This document shows positions 30,062-38,799 of a DNA stretch of 58,553 bases, in pieces. The first letter of the stretch is position 1. Every line of letters begins with the position of its first letter. Below the pieces are notes generated by a model. That model made no database searches. It saw only the letters and a list, made by a program, of their open reading frames with translations, and was not told the origin of the DNA. A program made the translations under genes and the position numbers. Location of the stretch: sequence record SRR20825006_787, one strand, 5' to 3'.

Positions 30062-30689
30062 GCGAGCTCATACAAAGATCGCGCAACGTCACCGATGCCT
30101 GACGTCGCACGCCTTCGGTGAGAAACTGCACGCTGATCTCGAGCGCGGCGCCGACCACCAACGTCACCAGCGCCCGCGCCAGCGGGTAATCGCAAAGGTC
30201 CTCGTGTTTGCCCATGGGCACGCGGTAATCCTCATCCCAGATCACCTCTCCGTAACCATCCGCCATCCCCGCGTGAACACAGGGGATGGCCAGCTCGCGC
30301 GCGGCACTCTGCACTGCCTGACGAGAGGCGCTGTTGTCGAAGGCGTCGATAATCAGATCATGTCCAGCGAGGATCTCCACCGAGTTCTCGGCGTGGAGCC
30401 TGTCGCACAAAGCGACAGGCTCCACGCCGAGTTCCCTGTGCAACCTGTTCCCGAGCATCCTCGCCTTTCTCTGGCCGAGTTCGCGACGCCCCCATGGTTG
30501 CGTGGAGAGGTTGCGCTCTTCGATACGGTCAAAGTCGATGACCGTGATCTGGCGCACCCCGACTCGCGCCAACCCTTCGCACAGGTTGGCTCCGATCGCT
30601 CCAGCCCCGCATACAATAACCCTGGCGGCGGCGAGCGAACGCATCGCCTCGCTGCCGCGGTGTTCTCTCTCGTGTTCGAAATACGACAT
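30033..30689 (-). CDS. ThiF/E1-like adenylyltransferase
   Basis: CGAGAIG, IDFDRIEERNLSTQ, DAFDN; single Cys in DLCDYP; no CxxC zinc pairs. Confidence 0.88.
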   Translation of the reverse strand: MSYFEHEREHRGSEAMRSLAAARVIVCGAGAIGANLCEGLARVGVRQITVIDFDRIEERNLSTQPWGRRELGQRKARMLGNRLHRELGVEPVALCDRLHAENSVEILAGHDLIIDAFDNSASRQAVQSAARELAIPCVHAGMADGYGEVIWDEDYRVPMGKHEDLCDYPLARALVTLVVGAALEISVQFLTEGVRRQASVTLRDLCMSSLTPRADSPS

Positions 30690-30692
30690 CCA

Positions 30693-31589
30693 TCACTCCC
30701 ACCAGCCAGCGCCCTCGACCACGCCCACCAGTGACTCCAGATCGAACTTACGATCCTCTCCGCTCAAGCAGATCCCGGCGCTGACCACACCGAGATCCTT
30801 CACATCGACCACAGAGGTCTGACGCGCGCCACCAGACGTTCGCCACTCGACAACCCAGCGACGCCCATCTGGCGTCGCGTGCGAGCGCTCGTACGCCCCG
30901 CCAGCGCTCTCGAGCGCGTGGCGCAATCGCTCGCGATCCTGCGCCTGACTCTTCGCGACCTTCGCGGCGATGGCAGCTTCCAACTCGCGAACCATCGCGG
31001 CCCAGGCGATCTCGTAGGCCGCGCGTTGCTCTGGCGAGTAACCTCGCGTGGAAGCAAAAACCGTGTCGGGCTTTCGACGCGCCTCGAGCGCGTCGCGCAG
31101 CCGCTCGCCAGCGGCAAAATCCGCGCGAACATCGAGCGACTCGAACCACCAGCGCACGCCATCCCAACCCGCGATGACGCGATCGAAGGCGTCGCCCTCC
31201 CCGACCAGCTCGATCACCTGAGGCGCTTTCGCATCACGCAACGACGGGCAGCGCTGGCTGGCATCCGAGGCGTTACCGGCGATCGCCAGCCAGCGCTGCC
31301 CGGAGAGCCGCCGGATCAAAATCAATGGCACGCACGGGAGCAGTGATATGTAGCGCTCGACTTGCGAGAGCGAGGCTGGCTCGACCAGCCTCGCTGTGCG
31401 CATATCCACCGCGCGCCAGATCCCCCACCCTTGCCACTCCTCGGGCTCGATCACGGCGAAGGTATGGAGCAAGCCTTCGACGCACACCTTGACGCCAGCG
31501 CGGCCGACGCGCGGGGCCAGAAAATCCAGCCTCGTGAGCTCACGCTCGGCGCTGGCGAGCGCGTCGAAGGTTTTCCAAAACTGCTTCAT
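30693..31589 (-). CDS. Hypothetical protein of the TROVE/ThiF operon
   Basis: Start MKQFWK after GAGGAAGG RBS; GWGIW and SAGICLSGED motifs; 3-nt gap to ThiF. Confidence 0.72.
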   Translation of the reverse strand: MKQFWKTFDALASAERELTRLDFLAPRVGRAGVKVCVEGLLHTFAVIEPEEWQGWGIWRAVDMRTARLVEPASLSQVERYISLLPCVPLILIRRLSGQRWLAIAGNASDASQRCPSLRDAKAPQVIELVGEGDAFDRVIAGWDGVRWWFESLDVRADFAAGERLRDALEARRKPDTVFASTRGYSPEQRAAYEIAWAAMVRELEAAIAAKVAKSQAQDRERLRHALESAGGAYERSHATPDGRRWVVEWRTSGGARQTSVVDVKDLGVVSAGICLSGEDRKFDLESLVGVVEGAGWWE

Positions 31590-31606
31590 CGTCCTTCCTC
31601 GAGCGA

Positions 31607-32440
31607 TCAGGCACGCGATGAGGTCTGCGAGCGCGCCGACTGCACACAAAGCCCCGCGACGAGCTCGATCGATGTCACCGCGGACTGGATCGAGGCGAAG
31701 TTGACCTCTCCAGGTTTGACCCTGGCGCGATCGAACACACTGGCGACCTGCTCCTCGGACAACCCCATGCCCTGACACATAAAATCTGACGCGGGACCAC
31801 GGTGCCGCACACCAGGAGCGCGCGAGCGCTTGAGCCAGAAGTGACTCACGATGTGAAAGACGTGCCCCTGGCCCCAATCAAAGCGCACGGCGACCACGGG
31901 GGCGTTGTATTTGACGAGCATCTCGTGGCTCGCGGCGACGACCTCGACGCGCTCAGGATCGAGCACCTCGATGCCGTAGCTCGCCCCCTCGAGCCACCAC
32001 TGCGGCTCGACGCCGGGCACCGTCACCTCGTCCCAGAGCGTGGCGAGCATCGGCTCGACGCCGATCACCTCGTCTCCGGTCGAAGCCTTGTTCCAGCGCA
32101 CCGTGTTCGGGAACGCCTTCTCCACGACATTCTTTAGCGCCCAGTCAGACGTCACCAACCAACCCCCTGCCTCGACGAAGCTGCGAAGCTCCTCGAGGTG
32201 TTTGGCGTCATCATCGCCGGGGCAGTTCTCGAAGCAGATCCGCGCGCCCTCGAGCGAAGAGGGCGCGAAGCTGTAATCCTTCTCCAGGTGCGTGAAGACG
32301 TTCTGCACGGAGTCGAACGATCCTGCAAAAATCGCGATCTCTTCTGACGTCGTCGCATCGAGCGCCGCGAGCGCATCCGGCTTGACCATCGACCAGCGCT
32401 CGCGAACCGCGAGCGCGCCGACCTTGTATGCGTTATCCAT
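31607..32440 (-). CDS. Hypothetical protein, possible class I glutamine-amidotransferase-like fold
   Basis: GGAGG RBS; ENCPG and LRSFVEAGGWLVTSDW resemble a GATase/ThuA-like pattern (inference). Confidence 0.65.
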   Translation of the reverse strand: MDNAYKVGALAVRERWSMVKPDALAALDATTSEEIAIFAGSFDSVQNVFTHLEKDYSFAPSSLEGARICFENCPGDDDAKHLEELRSFVEAGGWLVTSDWALKNVVEKAFPNTVRWNKASTGDEVIGVEPMLATLWDEVTVPGVEPQWWLEGASYGIEVLDPERVEVVAASHEMLVKYNAPVVAVRFDWGQGHVFHIVSHFWLKRSRAPGVRHRGPASDFMCQGMGLSEEQVASVFDRARVKPGEVNFASIQSAVTSIELVAGLCVQSARSQTSSRA

Positions 32441-32480
32441 TTTATCACCTCCCGGTGAACAGCGCGCACCTCACCCATCG

Positions 32481-32540
32481 AGCGAGGGAGCGGGGAGTGA
32501 TTTTGCTCATTTGTGCAAAATCACTCCCCGCTCCCTCGCT
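32481..32540. repeat. Perfect 26-bp inverted repeat with 8-nt loop
   Basis: AGCGAGGGAGCGGGGAGTGATTTTGC (32481-32506) / GCAAAATCACTCCCCGCTCCCTCGCT (32515-32540). Confidence 0.9.
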
Positions 32541-32587
32541 GTACGAGGGGCGCTGGCGTTTTTTTTGGTGAGTCTGCCCTGGCCGCC

Positions 32588-34072
<1,485 letters not shown>

Positions 34073-34353
34073 TCACACCTCTCGTGGCGCCGCCGCAGCG
34101 AACTCCAGAGAGCATATTCGAGAAAGCCCCTCCATCGTCTGGAAAGGAGCGGGTATCAGGCGAGGTTGGTGTCTGGCCTGATGAGAAAAAGGACTCGGGC
34201 GTAGAGCGCGCTCCGTAAAGATACGCGAGGAAGACCCGCGTGTTCGAGGAGCTCGGAAAGTAGCCCGAGACAAGGCTCGTTTTGGGTATGAAGAGAGTGA
34301 TTCTCCAGGGGCGACACCGCTCGCGCGAGTCGCCTCGTTTGTGCTGTCCTTAT

Positions 34354-34429
34354 TGGCGTCGCGTGCCAGAATCGAACTGACAACCCTCCGCTTGGCAGGC
34401 GGGCGTTCTACCTATTGAACTAACGCGAC
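34354..34429 (-). tRNA. tRNA with Gly(GCC) anticodon, atypical acceptor stem, CCA encoded
   Basis: GTCGCGT-TA-GTTC..GAAC-CCCGC-CTGCCAA-GCGGA-GTCAG TTCGATT CTGGC-ACGCGAC-G-CCA. Confidence 0.75.
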
Positions 34430-34570
34430 AGGACCGAAGCTGTCGGGACACGAGAGTTTGCGCGCCACCCCCAGAGAATCACTCGAATGTTGCTCGAGAG
34501 CAGCAAAGGAGACAAGACCCCTGGGAACCAAAATCACACCGCACGAGTCGCGCGCACCGCGAGAGACCTC

Positions 34571-34643
34571 GAAGACGCGCCGGATTCGAACCGACAACCC
34601 ACGGGTTATGAGACCGTACTCTACCAATTGGAGTTAGCATCCG
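34571..34643 (-). tRNA. Degenerate tRNA-like gene, CAT anticodon
   Basis: D arm ACTC/GAGT, loop CTCATAA, T arm GTCGG TTCGAAT CCGGC; mismatches in acceptor and anticodon stems; no CCA. Confidence 0.55.
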
Positions 34644-34846
34644 GTGCTCGCGGTCAGGGCGCGGTGTGTCATCGGTCGATGACATACGTCCTCCACATCT
34701 TAGGGAGGCGACCTCTCCTTCGAGGATGGCCTGCCGTGGGGGTCTTCGACGACCTGTCTTGTCGCGGATTTATTCTGGTCGAAGGTATCGCCTCTGTCTT
34801 GATCAGTCACTCGAAGTTGGCCTCGCGCGAGTCCCAGGGGCACAGG

Positions 34847-34920
34847 ATTCATACGCAGGGATCGAACCTGCTACCTACAGCTCCCGAAGCCGTCGCTCTA
34901 TCCAGATGAGCTAGTATGTG
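34847..34920 (-). tRNA. tRNA-like gene, Pro(CGG) anticodon, frayed acceptor stem
   Basis: CACATAC/GTATGAA (top two pairs mismatched), GCTC/GAGC D arm, loop TTCGGGA, GCAGG TTCGATC CCTGC. Confidence 0.55.
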
Positions 34921-34982
34921 TGTAAGCCCCTGTTGTTTGGGCGCGAGGTTATGTTTTTGGCGCATGCCTCCATGCACCTGAG

Positions 34983-35054
34983 TACCACCAGACCGACTCG
35001 AACGATCTCCCTCTGGGCTTCAACCAGACGCTCTCCCTGTTGAGCTATGGTGGT
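34983..35054 (-). tRNA. tRNA-Phe(GAA)
   Basis: ACCACCA/TGGTGGT acceptor, TCTGG TTGAAGC CCAGA, GATCG TTCGAGT CGGTC; no CCA. Confidence 0.8.
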
Positions 35055-35084
35055 ATGGTGCGGGGAGGTATTTCCTCCCCGCGA

Positions 35085-35156
35085 TGCCGCCAGACCGACT
35101 CGAACGATCTCCTTCTGGGCTTCAACCAGGCGCTCTCCCCGTTGAGCTATGGCGGC
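35085..35156 (-). tRNA. tRNA-Phe(GAA), second copy
   Basis: GCCGCCA/TGGCGGC acceptor; nearly the same body as the neighbouring copy; no CCA. Confidence 0.8.
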
Positions 35157-35248
35157 AAACATTTTCGAGCAAGACTGCAAACACAGCCCACCCGAAAAAC
35201 ATCAAAAACTTTGATGCTTATTTTAAACAAAAGACACCGCGCGAGTTC

Positions 35249-35366
35249 GATGAGCAGTAAGACGTGCTTGCGCTCTCACCATCTGAGCTATCCCGCTACA
35301 AATAGCGGGAGCCGGACTCGAACCGACGACCTCAAGGTTATGGACCTCGACGTTTGTAGGCTCATC
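35249..35366 (-). ncRNA. Y RNA-like (YrlA-type) RNA with circularly permuted tRNA fold
   Basis: 5'-3' order: T arm (35327-35311), closed acceptor hairpin TCCCGCTA-TTTG-TAGCGGGA (35310-35291), D arm (35288-35272); ends pair as GATGAGC/GCTCATC. Confidence 0.75.
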
Positions 35367-35556
35367 ATGTCGGGGCGCGGCGCCCCTTTCGGTCTATGTA
35401 CTCTCCTCGGAGGAGCTGCCCATCATCTCGCTGTGAACGCGATGAAAGGGCAACCCCTCCGAGGTTCGGCATCCGCCCGCCCCCACTTCCCCAAGCTGCT
35501 GTTAATAACGCGGGCGGACGCCGAAGTCCTTGTATGTCTCTCTCCTCGCCCCGAAG

Positions 35557-35787
35557 CTATCCGTAGACCGCTTCGGGGCGCAGGATGATGTTTCCTGTCT
35601 CGGGCCGGTCGATGGCGTGAAACTCGAGCCTCTCGAGCTCCACATCGAGCATCTCTGCCACGCTACGTTTGATCTCGAGATCACTCGCCAGCGCCATGCT
35701 CCGACTATCCAGGCCAAGCCTCTCGGGCGCCCAGTCATACGAGCGCCCGTCGAACCGGACATGGATTTTCTGCACCTGTCGCACCAC
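35557..35787 (-). CDS. Small protein with C-terminal Gly, ubiquitin-like/beta-grasp candidate
   Basis: AGGAG RBS plus GTG start, 76 aa, beta-beta-alpha-beta-beta pattern, ends RPEAVYG; same strand as the ThiF/E1 gene. Confidence 0.68.
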   Translation of the reverse strand: MVRQVQKIHVRFDGRSYDWAPERLGLDSRSMALASDLEIKRSVAEMLDVELERLEFHAIDRPETGNIILRPEAVYG

Positions 35788-35847
35788 CTGACGCTCCTGT
35801 TCTTTTCGACCGGGCGGACCGCGTCTATCTGCGATCCTCAGGGCAAC

Positions 35848-35896
35848 AAAAAACGCCCTCGCCGACTCCTGCTTTGGCAGGAACCGGCGAGGGCGT
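35848..35896 (-). terminator. Intrinsic terminator (attenuator) upstream of the Ubl-Y RNA-TROVE operon
   Basis: ACGCCCTCGCCGGTTCCTGC-CAAA-GCAGGAGTCGGCGAGGGCGT followed by TTTTTGTTG on the minus strand. Confidence 0.82.
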
Positions 35897-35934
35897 CTTT
35901 GTCTGACTGACCCTTCGCGCTGGCCGCGTGCAGC

Positions 35935-36177
35935 TTATGTCACTGCACCGCGGCCTCGCCGGTTCCTTATATCATCCAGGATTGGACGGTCACTTCCTGG
36001 TTCGCGATGATCGCCTGTAAAGCAATCTTCACAGCCAAACCAATCGGGTGCTCCGCCTTCAAAACAACCCGCCACGCTCGTGAGCGCGGCTCGCTCCTCT
36101 CGACGCATGTTCCCCATGGGGAGCACGGGCTGGCCGTTGGCCAGCAAGAGGTTCGATATGGTCGATAAGGTGAGCAT
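35935..36177 (-). promoter_or_regulatory. Leader peptide ORF (80 aa) carrying the antiterminator strand
   Basis: AGGA RBS; 35954-35967 is the exact complement of terminator arm 35879-35892; rare-codon rich. Confidence 0.68.
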
Positions 36178-36284
36178 GATGATCGTTTTCCTGTTGTTCT
36201 TTTAAAGTTAACGCCACGCACTTCGCGGCTGTCGGGGGTAGTAACGGGGTGTTTCTCGGTTTTTATTTCGTCATATCCAAAAAA

Positions 36285-36302
36285 GTTGAAAAACTTTTCA
36301 AC
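36285..36302. promoter_or_regulatory. Palindromic operator-like site in the AT-rich divergent promoter region
   Basis: GTTGAAAA-AC-TTTTCAAC. Confidence 0.45.
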
Positions 36303-36408
36303 AAGAGGACCGCATCGATGTCACGCTTGCCGCCAAGCTCCGCATTGACTAAGGAGATCGAGAGCTTTGGTTACTTCTTTCCCCGACCTCGATCTCGAGA
36401 GGAACATC

Positions 36409-36843
36409 ATGAGCAACGCGAGCCAGGAGGACCTCCCAGGTCGCTTTATCACCACCCCCATTCAGGCGCGCTTTGTCGACACCGACGCGCTCGGGCACGT
36501 CAACAACGCCGTCCTCGTCAGCTACACCGAGATCGGTCGCGTGGACCTCTTTAACCGCGTGCGACAGAGGATGGGGAACCTGATCCTCGCGCGCGTGGCG
36601 ATCGACTTCGAGCGTCAGGTCAAGCTGCTCGATGAGATCAGCGTCAAGACTCGCATCACGAGCTTTGGCACCACGAGCATGACCGTGGAGCAATGGATCA
36701 TGGCAGGAGATGAGCGCGCAGCTCGCGCCGAGGTCGTCGTCGTCCACTTCGACTACAAGACCCAGGCCCCCTCCCCCATCCCACAAGAATGGCGCACGCA
36801 GCTGCTCGATCCTCCCGCGCCCACCCCAACAGACAACGTCTAA
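36409..36843 (+). CDS. 4HBT/YbgC-family acyl-CoA thioesterase
   Basis: RFVDTDALGHVNNA hot-dog motif. Confidence 0.9.
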   Translation: MSNASQEDLPGRFITTPIQARFVDTDALGHVNNAVLVSYTEIGRVDLFNRVRQRMGNLILARVAIDFERQVKLLDEISVKTRITSFGTTSMTVEQWIMAGDERAARAEVVVVHFDYKTQAPSPIPQEWRTQLLDPPAPTPTDNV

Positions 36844-36927
36844 CAATCGCGCCTTTGCTCACGCGCAGGTGCCCTCGGCACGATTCTTTGGCTATAATCG
36901 GCCCTCCTCACGACCCTGAAAGATGAC

Positions 36928-38697
36928 GTGATGCAAGAGCCAGAGGATCGACATACCGGGCGCTTCGCGATGCTGGCATTCGGCATCCTCGGCGCGCTCT
37001 ACGTTGCGACAGCAGCGCAGCACATCATCGGGACGGACAACGGCGAGTTTGTCTTACTCTCCGAATTGGGCGGTGTGGCGCACTCGCCGGGGTATCCGGG
37101 CTACGTGCTCTATCTGCGCGCGATGTCCTGGATACCAGGCGCGAGCGCCGCGCACAGCGCGGCGCTCGCCACGGCGCTGCTCGGTTGGCTCGCGAGCGTC
37201 ACGCTCTGGTTCGCCGCGCGCGCCTGGGGCGCTGGCAGCAAGGCCGCGCTCGCGGCGGCGTGTCTTTTTGGCCTGAACACCGAGGTCTGGCTCGTCTCGA
37301 CCCACGCCGAGGCGTTCGCCCCGAACGCCTTGCTCGCCGCGCTCATCCTCCTCTTCTCGGCCCCAGATGCGCCGCTGAAGGCCATCAAGCGCGTCGCATT
37401 GCTAGGGCTTATCGCGGGGCTCGCCATCAGCAACCACCACAGCGCCGTGTTGATGGCGCCCGTCGGGCTGTATGGCGTCGCGCAGGGGATAAACGAGGCA
37501 AGGCAGCGCGCGTGGCTCCCGCTGCTGGTGGGCGCCGGTGCACTGATTTCAGGCCTGCTCCCCTACGCGACCTTCCCGCTTTATGATCCCTCGAGCGCGT
37601 TCGTATGGGGTGATTTCCAGACCTCAGCGCAGGTGTTCTCGCACTTCTTGAGAGAGGAGTATGGCACTGGAAAGCTCGGCCCCGGCGGAGCACCCGCGCC
37701 GCTGCTCCATATCCCATTCTTTATCTCGGAGGTGATCTCGGCCTCGCTCGTCGCTGGAGCGTTATCGATCGCGCTCGGCTTCCTCGCGCTCCGAACGCGC
37801 GAGCAGACCTCGCGCATCGGCATCGCCTGCCTGGTGGGGACCTTCCTGCTGTGTGGACCGATCTTTATCGGATTGTTCAACCTCGAGCTGACCGCGACAA
37901 CCCATGATGTGATCAAGCGCTTCCACGTCCTCCCCATGGTGCCCGCGAGCATCCTCGCGGCGTGGGGCATCGACATGGCGTTCGAGCGAGGCTGGCTCAC
38001 GAACAAGAGGATGCTCGCGGCCATGCTCGCGCTGTTTATCACAGGAAGTGTGCTGGGGATTCGACATACGCGAAGCCGTTACACCCCTGCGATGGAGCTC
38101 TACGCGGAGCATGTGCTCGCCACGGCGCCAGAAGACGCCGTGATCCTTGGCACGGGCACGCATCGCTTCCTCCTGATGGAGGTCGCGCGGCGTCTCGACA
38201 AACAGCGCCCTGACATCCTCTTTCTCGAGATGCATATGCTCGGGCGCGACTGGTATGTCGAGCGCATAAAAAGCCGAAGCGGGCTCGATATTCCATTTTC
38301 GAATAGAGACCCAAAAACCGGCGCCGCGAGGATCGATACCCCGAGGTTGAGGGCTGTGTTGGAACAGAGCGGGAGACCGTTCTTTTTGACGGATCGTTTC
38401 GCGCCAAACCGCTTCACATCTGACGAACTCACGCCGCACGGTGTCCTCTGGCGCGTTGGCCCAAGCACCACCCCGGCGCCAGAACTCGTCGCAGCGAACA
38501 GGGCGCGCTTCGAGTCATTCTCCCTGCCTGCCCCCATGCCCACTGCCGAGAGCGACGGTTGGTCATGGACGCTGTACGTGGAGTATGGCCAGCTCTGGGC
38601 AAACCTCGAGGCGCGCTGCGTCGAGGCAAAGGACGACGCGTGCGCAGCGGAAGCGCGCCGATGGCGCGCGCGCTTCCCGATGACCTCACACAAGTGA
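36928..38697 (+). CDS. DUF2723/TMEM260-like membrane glycosyltransferase (GT-C)
   Basis: DNGEF..GVAHSPGYP, many TM helices, SNHH. Confidence 0.8.
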   Translation: MMQEPEDRHTGRFAMLAFGILGALYVATAAQHIIGTDNGEFVLLSELGGVAHSPGYPGYVLYLRAMSWIPGASAAHSAALATALLGWLASVTLWFAARAWGAGSKAALAAACLFGLNTEVWLVSTHAEAFAPNALLAALILLFSAPDAPLKAIKRVALLGLIAGLAISNHHSAVLMAPVGLYGVAQGINEARQRAWLPLLVGAGALISGLLPYATFPLYDPSSAFVWGDFQTSAQVFSHFLREEYGTGKLGPGGAPAPLLHIPFFISEVISASLVAGALSIALGFLALRTREQTSRIGIACLVGTFLLCGPIFIGLFNLELTATTHDVIKRFHVLPMVPASILAAWGIDMAFERGWLTNKRMLAAMLALFITGSVLGIRHTRSRYTPAMELYAEHVLATAPEDAVILGTGTHRFLLMEVARRLDKQRPDILFLEMHMLGRDWYVERIKSRSGLDIPFSNRDPKTGAARIDTPRLRAVLEQSGRPFFLTDRFAPNRFTSDELTPHGVLWRVGPSTTPAPELVAANRARFESFSLPAPMPTAESDGWSWTLYVEYGQLWANLEARCVEAKDDACAAEARRWRARFPMTSHK

Positions 38698-38799
38698 TCG
38701 TTCGAGAGGAACCTCTCGATTTTGCTCGCCATCTCCTCGAACAGGGTTACGTTCCCAGAGAACCTCGCTATCGCGAGTTGCCCAGCACGAGAGGTTGTC

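Noticed and set aside
30033-30689. ThiF/MoeB of thiamine or molybdopterin biosynthesis
   Set aside because: No CxxC zinc motifs, no rhodanese domain, and no thi/moa genes or GG-ending carrier in the neighbourhood
34170-34200. Hammerhead ribozyme core CTGATGAG
   Set aside because: The required GAAA after stem II is absent (GGGC follows), and CTGAT is already paired in another stem
34073-35588. Short ORFs across the RNA cluster (34487-34909, 35040-35588, 34911-35180 and others)
   Set aside because: They overlap tRNA/Y RNA structures and lack a convincing RBS or protein-like composition
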